In this document: positions 1 to 9,417 of the stretch, in pieces | Layout: every line of letters begins with the position of its first letter | How positions within the stretch are numbered: position 1 is the first letter of the stretch | Source of the DNA: a virus | Virus record (IMG/VR): IMGVR_UViG_3300024259_002316 | Location: 15,719 to 79,718 of that record | DNA length: 64,000 nucleotides | Strand: one strand, 5' to 3' | Notes under the pieces: generated by a model | The model's input: only the letters and a program-made list of their open reading frames with translations | The model's database searches: none | What the model was told of the DNA's origin: nothing | Program-made: the position numbers and the translations under genes

Positions 1-3000
1 TGGCATTTCAAATCCTTCTCCTTCAAATCCTTCTTCCACCTCTTCTTCTTCTCCACCCTCTGAAGGAGTTACACCTTGCCACTTAGTCACATTCACTTCT
101 ACTTTATATGTCATCTCCGAAGAACAATTCCCACATTTTCCTTTACCATCAAGAACATCAACATCATCACTACCGCAAACAGGGCAAATAGACCCTGGTG
201 GCAATGGTTCAAGATTATCTGTCAACTCTCCCTCTTCCTCTCCAAATGCTCCTGGTTCATCTGTAAATGTCTCCATTGGAGGAGCACCTACGCCAGGAGT
301 TCCTGGCAATGTTGCTCCAGCACCAGGGGCTTGAGCTGCTCCAGCTTGGCCTCCCATTTCCCCGCCCATCATTTGAGCAGTTTTCTTGATTTCAGTTTTA
401 GCCTCAGCCATTGTGCATTCATCTGTCTCTTCTGCTGGGCATTCCTCAGCAGGGCATTCTTCCCCATTAATATCAGCATCTATCTCTTCTATAGGTCCTT
501 CTATAATATCTCCGATATCATCTGGAATTATTTCTTCCTCAGCACCATCTTGAATATCTATAATTAATTCTCCATTATTCCCTACTTCCACCTTAATAAC
601 TGCCGCTGCAACGGAGTCATCATCTATCATTTCTTGTGCAAATTTCTTTACACCATCAACAAAAGCAACCTTATCCGTAATAGGAACTCCAATATCTTCC
701 ATTGTGGCTCTGATTTGATATTTACCATCTTCTGGTTTATCTAATTCTTTCATAGCCGACTCAAGAGCATCTGCCTTAGTAATAATCTTTGTATCTGCTA
801 TCTTATTCATTCTACTTTGCACTTTAGCTTCAACTTTTTCCATTTGTGATTTATTGTTAACTATAAGGCCAACAGTATCAAAAACGTCCTCTGCCTTCAT
901 CCCGAACTGAGCATTAGAAGCTGCTGCCAGAATCAAAGCATCGATTGTAGAAAGTTTATTTTGAGAAGCTATTTTAGCAAAATATGAAGCATTAGAAGCA
1001 ATAAGATCTACATTCTCTTTTTTATGAGGAAGAGAATTAAGAACAGCCAAAAAAGCTACCTTTGATTTCATTTCCGTATCATCATTAATAACAGAAGCAA
1101 CTTTCATAATCTCTTCTGGAGACTTACGATAAGTAGAAATTAAATCAGTAAGAATATTAATAGCAGTTTTTACAAGAGAAACAGAATAATCTTTATTAGC
1201 CCATCTCTTCAAACCATCAGTCATTGAAATATTTTTCAATTGATCTTCTGTGATAGTTTCGTAATTACCCACAAACTTATGACTACTCAATAGATCTCGT
1301 ATTTGAGCTTGAGTAATTGATTCTGTATAATCTTCTGGAAGATTACCAGCAATATCTCTACTAAAATCATTCCATTGCTTCTCAGTAATAACATCAGGAA
1401 CATCCTCAAAATGGATTACAGCATCGCCTAAAGCACTTTGAGTCTTCAATTGATCCTCTGTAATAGTTTCATATGTTCCAGTTCTCACTTGAGGACTATC
1501 AGAAGTTGTATCATTACTTTGCTCAGAACCACCTATTTGTTCTTTACTTTCAGTAATACCCTCATAAACTTCTCCCTCTCTTGAGTCATCTTTTGTAAGC
1601 TGCTTTTCAGTAATCACTTCTTGATTTTCTGCTCCAGCGGCGACTTTTGTAGTTGTATTTTCGGTAGCCATGTTTGCTCCTATACTTAATTTAGAATTAA
1701 TATTTTCATTTAAATTATGTAGATTCTCTTCCAAAGAGATTACCTTATTAATTAGATTTTGACTTAATGCCGAAAAATCCTCTATTTTTCTTGAAGAATT
1801 TTTAGGCATAGTCACATTCCCAAGCCCTCCCATATCAGAAGTTTGACTTCCAGCAGGTTGTGAAGCTTGCTGAGCTGCCATTTGTTCTGGAGGCAGAGGA
1901 GAAGGGAATTGATCAGTCACTATTGGTGCATCTCCATCTGCAGCCGTCACTGGTGGAGAAGGCAATGCTCCATATCCCATTTCTGTCAATTCATCAAAAA
2001 TACCTTGAAGATCAGACATCGCCTTTACGAGGTCGCTGACATACTCCATGGATATATTTTCTTTTTGCTTTAACATACTTTTAACAACAGCTTCCATCTC
2101 TGTCATGCTGTTTTTAAGAGATTCGAGTTCTTTCACTCCTCCCATTTTTTTAACAACTTCGCTATCTTCTTCTTGCAAATGTGCCTCTTTTATAAGTTTT
2201 CCAATAGTTTCATTAAAAGATGCTACCTTACTTTCTAGAGCAGGAGCATGAAGAACACATTTTACTCCGCAATCGTGACAAGCAGGATTAACCACAAAAC
2301 TATTTTCAATAAATTTTAAGCCATAATTATGTTCAAAAATAGATTGTTCTGAGTGTTTAAGAGTTTTAATATCATCTTTAATGCTACCACAAACAGGACA
2401 TTTATCTTTTTTATCTGTGGGGCTATTATGATAAGAACATTTTAGATCCCCCGTATATTTCCTATTCTTTCTATTGGCAACATGAGAACAATAGTCTTCA
2501 GAAGTATTGGCATTATTATGACAAATAGAACAAACAGAATTCTCTACTGAGCATCCCATAGAAGTTCCTGTGATATATCCTTCCTCTATGCCTCTAGCAA
2601 GACGAGGATAAGCAATTTTATCTATTCTTCCAATAATATAAATGCCTCCTTCTTTTTGATCGTACCAAGAATGAACACATTCTCCTCTAGCTTTTTCTAC
2701 ATCATCATTTTGATGATTAGTAAAGAGAGGAACACCTACAAAACTAGAAGTTGCTGTTTTAAGTTCTTTTTCATCAAAAGCATCTCCATTATCATTCGGC
2801 TCATCTTTTTTGATTGCAAAAACTTTAATATAAAGATGATCTGGATGTTCTTTTGTCGCTTCTTTAAGGTTAAATCCTCCCAAATCCTCCCCTTCTACTG
2901 TAGTAGAGGCGGTTTTTATTTGATTAGGAAGATCGTAAATATCCCAACCATTCCCTGTAGGATTATTAAGCGCTGTAACTTTACATTTATGTGAAAAAGT

Positions 3001-3021
3001 TGCTTTTTTATACATTGCCAT
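1..3021 (-). CDS. Prohead (capsid maturation) protease, HK97/assemblin fold, fused to a long scaffold-like region; partial, runs off left edge
   Basis: My manual translation from ATG 3021 is open to position 1 (1007 codons, no stop); not in the ORF track. Motifs PLFTNH (His), GYITGTSMG (Ser) and FIENSFVVNPA, CxxC Zn inserts, then an acidic, Gly/Pro-rich region. Lies downstream of the portal. Confidence 0.85.
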   Translation of the reverse strand, partial: MAMYKKATFSHKCKVTALNNPTGNGWDIYDLPNQIKTASTTVEGEDLGGFNLKEATKEHPDHLYIKVFAIKKDEPNDNGDAFDEKELKTATSSFVGVPLFTNHQNDDVEKARGECVHSWYDQKEGGIYIIGRIDKIAYPRLARGIEEGYITGTSMGCSVENSVCSICHNNANTSEDYCSHVANRKNRKYTGDLKCSYHNSPTDKKDKCPVCGSIKDDIKTLKHSEQSIFEHNYGLKFIENSFVVNPACHDCGVKCVLHAPALESKVASFNETIGKLIKEAHLQEEDSEVVKKMGGVKELESLKNSMTEMEAVVKSMLKQKENISMEYVSDLVKAMSDLQGIFDELTEMGYGALPSPPVTAADGDAPIVTDQFPSPLPPEQMAAQQASQPAGSQTSDMGGLGNVTMPKNSSRKIEDFSALSQNLINKVISLEENLHNLNENINSKLSIGANMATENTTTKVAAGAENQEVITEKQLTKDDSREGEVYEGITESKEQIGGSEQSNDTTSDSPQVRTGTYETITEDQLKTQSALGDAVIHFEDVPDVITEKQWNDFSRDIAGNLPEDYTESITQAQIRDLLSSHKFVGNYETITEDQLKNISMTDGLKRWANKDYSVSLVKTAINILTDLISTYRKSPEEIMKVASVINDDTEMKSKVAFLAVLNSLPHKKENVDLIASNASYFAKIASQNKLSTIDALILAAASNAQFGMKAEDVFDTVGLIVNNKSQMEKVEAKVQSRMNKIADTKIITKADALESAMKELDKPEDGKYQIRATMEDIGVPITDKVAFVDGVKKFAQEMIDDDSVAAAVIKVEVGNNGELIIDIQDGAEEEIIPDDIGDIIEGPIEEIDADINGEECPAEECPAEETDECTMAEAKTEIKKTAQMMGGEMGGQAGAAQAPGAGATLPGTPGVGAPPMETFTDEPGAFGEEEGELTDNLEPLPPGSICPVCGSDDVDVLDGKGKCGNCSSEMTYKVEVNVTKWQGVTPSEGGEEEEVEEGFEGEGFEMP
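1756..1784 (-). promoter_or_regulatory. Candidate internal late promoter upstream of in-frame ATG 1671 (nested scaffold)
   Basis: TAGAGGATTTTT-N10-TCAAAAT, a partial match to the late motif; GGAG sits 5 nt before ATG 1671. Confidence 0.4.
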
Positions 3022-3037
3022 TTTTATAATTTCCTAT

Positions 3038-3286
3038 TTAATAATATGTAAGTATTTCTTCTAATCTAGTATTAACTGAATTTATAAATTCATCATTATC
3101 TTTTGTAGTGATTATCTTTTCAAAAGCATCTGCCTTACTAATCTTTTGATCTCTCATTAAATCAAAAATCATCATAGCACTACTATTAACTTTTTGTGGA
3201 ACTGGATTATTATCTTTATCAAAACATATAGTTGACAACTTCTTTTGTTCCATATTTTCATAATTTGATGTTTTTAGTATTTTCAT
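3038..3286 (-). CDS. Small hypothetical protein with MKILKTSNY leader
   Basis: ORF with RBS (AGGA); leader shared with the neighbouring gene. Confidence 0.7.
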   Translation of the reverse strand: MKILKTSNYENMEQKKLSTICFDKDNNPVPQKVNSSAMMIFDLMRDQKISKADAFEKIITTKDNDEFINSVNTRLEEILTYY

Positions 3287-3292
3287 TTTTTC

Positions 3293-3655
3293 CTATGATA
3301 GATATGCCAATATCTCAAAATTATCTGGTTCTCTTTCGTACCAAGTATAAGCCACTGCACTATTATCTATATCTTCTCCTGGAGTAAATGGATCTTGAGG
3401 ATTAGCTCCTTTTCTCTGTATGCCTAAACTTCTTCTGCCATTACTTCCCATAAATGAATTCTTAGATACCACTTCTCCAATGACCAATCCGTATCCATCT
3501 AAAACTTCCCATATAACAGAAACCCCACTATCTGATTCTGGAAATCTTCCATTACCATCTAATCCTCTAGCAGATAAATCAGCATTAATTTTTTGGCGTA
3601 AATTATTATCTATTCTTTCTGCCATTTTATAATTTGATGTTTTTATAATTTTCAT
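3293..3655 (-). CDS. Hypothetical protein with MKIIKTSNY leader (start revised to 3655)
   Basis: ATG overlaps the upstream TAA (TAATG); leader near-identical to 3038..3286. Confidence 0.7.
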   Translation of the reverse strand: MKIIKTSNYKMAERIDNNLRQKINADLSARGLDGNGRFPESDSGVSVIWEVLDGYGLVIGEVVSKNSFMGSNGRRSLGIQRKGANPQDPFTPGEDIDNSAVAYTWYEREPDNFEILAYLS

Positions 3656-3825
3656 TATAATTTTTCTCCACAGGATGGACAATATTTCATTCGAGAAGTG
3701 AGGCAAGTCCCACAAGAAGAGCAACAAATTCTAGCAGCTTCTTTTTCCTGCTCTTCCATCTGCTCTTTCCTTACTCCAAACGTATATTTTTTATTATCTT
3801 TTTGACCACATTTAAGCATCATCAT
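3655..3825 (-). CDS. Small zinc-ribbon protein (56 aa), not in track
   Basis: AAGGAG RBS; MMMLKCGQK...CSSCGTCLTSRMKYCPSCGEKL, double CxxC. Confidence 0.7.
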   Translation of the reverse strand: MMMLKCGQKDNKKYTFGVRKEQMEEQEKEAARICCSSCGTCLTSRMKYCPSCGEKL

Positions 3826-3848
3826 AATCTCCTTGATCTAATATTTTT

Positions 3849-3877
3849 TATTCTATATAAGTTAAAAAAATCCTTTA
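3849..3877 (-). promoter_or_regulatory. Putative sigma-28-like late promoter
   Basis: TAAAGGATTTTT-N10-TAGAATA; both boxes identical to the copy at 17801..17829. Confidence 0.65.
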
Positions 3878-3880
3878 TTT

Positions 3881-4357
3881 TTATACTAATGGCTCTTTTG
3901 CCTGCTGAATTGTTTGTGCTGTTTTGATAATTTTCACATCTCCTCCTTTTACGTGTCTTGGAATATTCATAGGCGCTAATTGTTCCACCGTATAATTAGG
4001 AGCGCCTTTAGGAAATGGAATCCCCCATTTATCAGAAGCATGACTAAGAGCAGCTACTGAGCTAGTAAAATACTCCCCACTTGGAGCATATACTTTTGCC
4101 TTAGGATCATCAGGTAATTTTTTAATCCCCGAAAAGAATCTTTTCTTACCTTCTTTTGTTAAAGAAGGACCCATAATTACAAAATAATCAGAATTTGTAG
4201 TATAATCATGACCTTCCCATCTTATGTAGGAGAGTTGTCCAAGCTCTTTATCAAATCTCTTTTTTAATTTCTGAGATCTTTCATGATATCTTGGTTCCCA
4301 CTTTATCCCTCTATCTTTTATTCTTTTTCTGCCCGAAAATTTAAGTAGTGTCTCCAT
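3881..4357 (-). CDS. Conserved-looking hypothetical phage protein
   Basis: 158-aa ORF coupled to the portal; C-terminal KIIKTAQ motif. Confidence 0.7.
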   Translation of the reverse strand: METLLKFSGRKRIKDRGIKWEPRYHERSQKLKKRFDKELGQLSYIRWEGHDYTTNSDYFVIMGPSLTKEGKKRFFSGIKKLPDDPKAKVYAPSGEYFTSSVAALSHASDKWGIPFPKGAPNYTVEQLAPMNIPRHVKGGDVKIIKTAQTIQQAKEPLV

Positions 4358-7300
4358 TCTCCAAATTCCCTATGTATAAAATTTGTCCGTGTGGGATAGA
4401 TGCTCTACTACAACCTATCTTTCCCTTGGAAAGACAATATTCGTACAAAGGGTTCAACCAGTCTTCTACTGAAGCTGTTTTAATTAAAGCTTCATCTTCG
4501 GCTTTCTTTTTACTTTTACTTGCATCTGCTACGTGTTTAGCAATAGTATCTCTTACTGCATCAATATTTTCATTTACTGAATCTTCATTAAATCTAAGCA
4601 CTCTCCATCCAACATTTGCTAATTTTTGATCTCTATTGAGATCTCTTTGTTGAAAATCTTCTCTCTCATGCCATATTGCTCCATCAACCTCTATACCAAC
4701 TCCGATTTTAGGATAAGCAAAATCAATAGCATAAGGTCTTGCTTCTCCTGGTACCTTCACTTGATATTGAGCAAATAGATCATGATTAGTATCCATGGCA
4801 GAAAGAGTTCTAAACATTTTTTGTTCTAGCTTTGTAAGCTTAATCATTTTTGGAGGTGGAGCCTGTTGTTCTTCTTGCTGTTTCTGAGAGCCTCTTTTAC
4901 CTATTACAGGTAAAGCTCCACTAGCTGCTGCCCCCATAGGAGGTCCCCCCCCTGCACCTCCTGCTGGGGCTCCGCCCATATCTCCACCCATTCCTCCTTG
5001 GAGACTAGGCATCATTTCTCCTCCCGCTTCTGGCGGCATTCCCCCTCCCATATCGCCACCCATTGGGGCTCCTCCCATCCCCATCGTTCCTAGATTTCCT
5101 GCTTGGTCAGCCCCTCCCACCATACCAGTAGCAGAAGCCATCACCTGCTCTTCTCTTATTTTCTCTACTTCGGAATCATAATCAAGATCCATTTCTTCCA
5201 AAACTGTTTGGGCTGAAACCATCCCCTTATCATACATTTGCATTAATGTTTGTATCCTATTTGTCTTATCTCTTAATTGTAAATCATTCCATGTAAGTTT
5301 AGGATATAAGTAAACTGTTTCTCCTACCTCTTTAGACTCTTCTTCGTCTATAAATCCTTGCATCATGGCAACAGGTTTGAATAGATTTGTTTCTACCCAC
5401 GCTTGTAACTTGTTTCTCCAATTATCTAATCTCCTAATAAGAACTTCAATACCAACCTGAGCAGAGGTGTTGCCCTGAATAGTGACTATTCCATTCCTCA
5501 TAGTCACAAATAATTCATGAGGAACTGAAAAACAATATATTTTTCCACTATAAGGAACTCTTGTTATTTCTTTTCCTGCATATTTTTTAGACTTAGAGCA
5601 AAGAGTTGGATTCCTACCTTTAAAACCCTTAGAAATATAAACAACATATTGTTGATGATTAGTTTTATATTGATGTCCCGTCTTATTGAAATATTTTTTA
5701 CTATTTTTCTTTTTATTATGCTCTCTAATCTTTACCACATATCCACATTTAAATGCTATTTCTGCAAAATCTTCTGCCAATTGTTTACTAGAAGTATAAT
5801 AAGATTCTCCTTTAACTTTTCTATTTTCACCAATATGATTATGAATACAACCATCTCCATTGATCATAGCTTCTATAATAATTTCCAAACATTCAGAAGT
5901 TAAATTTTTAACAAAAGGAGAAAGCTTTTTATTAATTGCCCCTGAGCCAAAATTATCATTTAAATAAAAAGCCAAATCTTTATTCAAAATATCCATATAA
6001 TCATTTCTATTTCTAATACTCTCTTCATCGAAAGAAGAATAAAATAAATTTTCTATGTCCTCTCTTGCTTTTCCGTTCCTGTTTTGACCGATCCTAACGG
6101 AAGTATAAGTTTTTTCTCCGCTATATTTATGCCAGCTTAACCATCCCTCAGAGACATAATATCCTACTAATTTACAAAAATCATAGATAGAATATTCTTC
6201 TTCTCCTATCTGGACAGTTTTTTGATATTCTCCTACAAATCCATCCGCCGCTCCTATAAACTTGGCTCTTGGTCTAATATCTTCTGCTCTTGTAAATTTA
6301 TACTCATTAGAATCTCTCTTAGCACTCCACATTCTATGATTAGGAGTTACTAAAATGTCTATCTTATCAGTATTAAAATGGACCATCTCTCCTTCATAAT
6401 CATAAACTACTTTCTCATAAGGAAGATGATATTCTATTTCTCTTGTTTCTGGATTATAGCAAGCGATCTTGTCTTTCTTAGGGTCTATCTCCCAATAATA
6501 CTTGAAACCAGAGTCACAAAGTGTTGTAGTATCAGCACTTACGCAATATCCCGCCATTTCTCCATTAAGAATTGCCTGATTAAGCATAAGTCCATCCAAA
6601 ATCTCTTTACCTACTTGCTCAATTTCAGCCGTTATATTATGTATCTTACCCGTTGCTCCATACCACTCATAATCAAAAGAGTGATGAGTAACAATAGTCA
6701 TATTAGGATCATTAGCAACTGCTGACAACTGATTTTGAACATCTTGCAAATCACTACTTGTTGCTGGTCTGTCCTTATCTCCTACTTTAACAACTCTAAC
6801 AGGAAGAATTAACCTCTCAGCCACTATCCAGTTAGCTGTCATAATCTTTGTTTTATATGCCAATACTGTGAATAGTCTTTGGAGCATAGATGTGCCATAA
6901 GTCCCATAATCACTTGCATTATGTTTTAAATGACTAATACATCTATCAGATAGTCTCATTGGCTGACCAGATGAAACCGCTCTAATTAATCCTGCTGGCA
7001 AACTGTCGTATATGCTTTTAGGTTCTTTTCTAGCGACAACAAGTTTTAATTCTTCATCAGGAACCAAATAAAATTCAGGATTACTTGCAAGAGGATTATC
7101 TCTAACATCGATATAATCAGGATTCATTAATTTTATACTTTTAAACGTTCCATCAGCATGGTTACACATTTGTCCATCAAGCTTCCTGCCCTTACCTTTA
7201 CAATGAGGACATTCTATTTCCGCAAATGGAAAAACATCTCCCAAAAGGAAATATTCGTGACTAATAGCATTTAATTTCTCTGCAAGATCTATTTTTTCTA

Positions 7301-7700
7301 CTAATCTTTCATAAAACTTTAAAATCTTTTTAGACTTACATTCTAATTTAAAACCATTCATAGAGAAATTCGAATAAAAATCTACTCCCGCTGCCACCTT
7401 TGGCTCGTTCATATAGTAGAATCTAGACCATTGCATAATCTCCCTACGTCTACTAGCAATTTGCCAGTTTTGAGGAGTATGCAATGGGCTAAAGAACATA
7501 GGTTGTGTCATTGCGACATTAGCACCAGAGCCTGCAAATTGTGCATTTTTAGTAATTGGTAAATTAACTACCTGAGATTGAGGGTATCCATTTTTCTGCA
7601 TAGAAGAACTTGGTGGAGCAGGTGATGGATACGCTCCTGATGCTGCTGCCATTCTTTGTTTATTTTGTGGCGAATTATCTGGTAAAATGAATTTTGCCAT
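4341..7700 (-). CDS. Portal protein with LAGLIDADG intein and C-terminal DUF559/Vsr-like nuclease domain
   Basis: Portal-like N-terminus (SRFYYMNEPKVAAGVDFYSNF), position between terminase and protease, intein ends, and C-terminal IDFAY...GIEVDG..WH...RD..L...GWRVLRF. Confidence 0.75.
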   Translation of the reverse strand: MAKFILPDNSPQNKQRMAAASGAYPSPAPPSSSMQKNGYPQSQVVNLPITKNAQFAGSGANVAMTQPMFFSPLHTPQNWQIASRRREIMQWSRFYYMNEPKVAAGVDFYSNFSMNGFKLECKSKKILKFYERLVEKIDLAEKLNAISHEYFLLGDVFPFAEIECPHCKGKGRKLDGQMCNHADGTFKSIKLMNPDYIDVRDNPLASNPEFYLVPDEELKLVVARKEPKSIYDSLPAGLIRAVSSGQPMRLSDRCISHLKHNASDYGTYGTSMLQRLFTVLAYKTKIMTANWIVAERLILPVRVVKVGDKDRPATSSDLQDVQNQLSAVANDPNMTIVTHHSFDYEWYGATGKIHNITAEIEQVGKEILDGLMLNQAILNGEMAGYCVSADTTTLCDSGFKYYWEIDPKKDKIACYNPETREIEYHLPYEKVVYDYEGEMVHFNTDKIDILVTPNHRMWSAKRDSNEYKFTRAEDIRPRAKFIGAADGFVGEYQKTVQIGEEEYSIYDFCKLVGYYVSEGWLSWHKYSGEKTYTSVRIGQNRNGKAREDIENLFYSSFDEESIRNRNDYMDILNKDLAFYLNDNFGSGAINKKLSPFVKNLTSECLEIIIEAMINGDGCIHNHIGENRKVKGESYYTSSKQLAEDFAEIAFKCGYVVKIREHNKKKNSKKYFNKTGHQYKTNHQQYVVYISKGFKGRNPTLCSKSKKYAGKEITRVPYSGKIYCFSVPHELFVTMRNGIVTIQGNTSAQVGIEVLIRRLDNWRNKLQAWVETNLFKPVAMMQGFIDEEESKEVGETVYLYPKLTWNDLQLRDKTNRIQTLMQMYDKGMVSAQTVLEEMDLDYDSEVEKIREEQVMASATGMVGGADQAGNLGTMGMGGAPMGGDMGGGMPPEAGGEMMPSLQGGMGGDMGGAPAGGAGGGPPMGAAASGALPVIGKRGSQKQQEEQQAPPPKMIKLTKLEQKMFRTLSAMDTNHDLFAQYQVKVPGEARPYAIDFAYPKIGVGIEVDGAIWHEREDFQQRDLNRDQKLANVGWRVLRFNEDSVNENIDAVRDTIAKHVADASKSKKKAEDEALIKTASVEDWLNPLYEYCLSKGKIGCSRASIPHGQILYIGNLENGDTT
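5469..6545 (-). mobile_element. Intein (359 aa) with LAGLIDADG homing endonuclease, in portal
   Basis: GY|CVSADT start; VTMRNGIVTIQGN|T end; LAGLIDADG-like helices VGYYVSEG and IEAMINGDG. Confidence 0.85.
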
Positions 7701-7717
7701 TTCTTATCCTTTATTTC

Positions 7718-8131
7718 TTAGCCGTCTATTGCTAAATCCGTACATGATCTCATAATTTCCTCTTTTCTTTCATCGACATTTATAACATTTTTTCTTTTAG
7801 GGTCTATTCTAGGGTCTGCACACATGCTAAATTCTTCCGAAAAATACTCATCTTTCACAGTCTCTTTATCATGTTCAGCATGATCTTCATCTTTCTTTCT
7901 TCTCGCTACTTTTGAAGCAGCAATAGGAGCAGACTGATTTATAAAATCAAGTTTTGGACCATAATCTTTATACCTCTCTCCTTTTTGAGGAACTTTACGA
8001 GGATGAGGCTTACCTTGATGAGGAGTTATAACCTGTTTACAATTAGGACATTGCTGTTCATTTTGGTTTACAGAAGAATTGCAATACGGACATGTAGAAA
8101 TTGCCTGAGTAGGATCTTTCTCCCCAGGCAA
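7718..8131 (-). CDS. Zinc-ribbon hypothetical protein
   Basis: CPYC...CPNC at the N-terminus. Confidence 0.65.
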   Translation of the reverse strand: MPGEKDPTQAISTCPYCNSSVNQNEQQCPNCKQVITPHQGKPHPRKVPQKGERYKDYGPKLDFINQSAPIAASKVARRKKDEDHAEHDKETVKDEYFSEEFSMCADPRIDPKRKNVINVDERKEEIMRSCTDLAIDG

Positions 8132-8178
8132 TTTTAATGGTTTTAATTCTTTGATGTCTTTTAAAGGCTTAAGGTCTG

Positions 8179-9417
8179 CTAATTTTTTTTTTTACTTGCT
8201 TCTTTCCAATTAAAAGGTTTTGAAGTGTCGTTAGCCCCTGCTATATCTCCTTTAGATCTAGCACTTTGCAGCCTAGCCTCAGCAATACCATGTTCAGGAA
8301 CTACGGGCCTTCTTGTTTGACCTGGCTTTAGTTGCAAATTGCTTGTTTCTGGAATATTCCTGTCAATTTCAAAACGCTTATTAAGATATCCTCCAACCCA
8401 ATTCCCATCTTTATCTTTATAGGGTCTTGAGTATTTGTCCATGATGTTCTCACGCCAAATTGTCTCGTAGTCAATATTCCAGATATCATCAACGACAAGA
8501 CCAAACCCTTTATTTCTCTCAACTATATGCCAATCAGAAACTGGCTGATGTAAGAAAGGGTCTATTCTCGATTGTCCTGGTCCCCATAAAATAGCATTGT
8601 CTAAAGATTTATGCTGTGCTGTTTTTGTGATATTGTAGGCAATTTTTTTGTTCTCCCCCACAACGTCTTGAGCTACCTTCTGAATAGTTTCAGAAACAAC
8701 CTGAACCGATGCCCCTAGTTCTTTATAAGGAGCTTCAACTGCAACTGGCTCTTCATTACCATAAATAAGATTATAAATAACAGAAGCATCTGCCAAGCGT
8801 TGCTCTTCTCCTTTGGTATCAAAATCATCAAAATAGCTTTTTAAAGCTGCCTGAGCAGAATCTGGTTCTTGTGGATTTTCACCTTGTATTTCATTCCATG
8901 CAATCTGAAAAGAGTTTCCAGTAGCAGCCATATTTATTAAAGCATCATTCAACTCAGCATGAGTTTTATATTTCTGAGGAGTTCCCATATCTTCTTGCTG
9001 CAAGTATTGCTCCTCTCCTAGCTCGGCAGTATCATTAAAGCTATCATGGCCAAAAGGAGCAGGTATTTGAGCTTTTTTAAGGTTAAAAGGTTTAGTCATT
9101 TTATTTTTTCCTTTAGCGGTAGGAGTCAATACAACAGGAGCACCTTGCTCTTGAGGAGGGGCTACCATATTATTTTGCATAGTTTCTTGTTGCTCCATCA
9201 CTTCCATTTGTTGCCTTATCATATCTTGCAATTGTTCAAAACTTTGCACACCATATTGTGACAAACTATCCATATTGGCAATACTAGCTAAAGCATCTTC
9301 TGTTGGCAGAGCATTAGATGCATTTAATTGTGTAATAAGCATCTGAAGATAAGAATCCAAAGAGCTTTGGTCATTAATATTTAGCTGTGCTTTTTTATTT
9401 TTCAAATTAAAAGACAC
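8179..9417 (-). CDS. Hypothetical head-module protein
   Basis: 412-aa ORF; repeated FNL(KN)KKAQ, KVAQ, KTAQ motifs. Confidence 0.7.
   Translation of the reverse strand: MSFNLKNKKAQLNINDQSSLDSYLQMLITQLNASNALPTEDALASIANMDSLSQYGVQSFEQLQDMIRQQMEVMEQQETMQNNMVAPPQEQGAPVVLTPTAKGKNKMTKPFNLKKAQIPAPFGHDSFNDTAELGEEQYLQQEDMGTPQKYKTHAELNDALINMAATGNSFQIAWNEIQGENPQEPDSAQAALKSYFDDFDTKGEEQRLADASVIYNLIYGNEEPVAVEAPYKELGASVQVVSETIQKVAQDVVGENKKIAYNITKTAQHKSLDNAILWGPGQSRIDPFLHQPVSDWHIVERNKGFGLVVDDIWNIDYETIWRENIMDKYSRPYKDKDGNWVGGYLNKRFEIDRNIPETSNLQLKPGQTRRPVVPEHGIAEARLQSARSKGDIAGANDTSKPFNWKEASKKKN

Noticed and set aside
76-2994. Plus-strand ORFs 76..567, 1867..2073, 2048..2251, 2656..2994
   Set aside because: Antisense shadows of the continuous minus-strand protease-scaffold ORF; no motifs.
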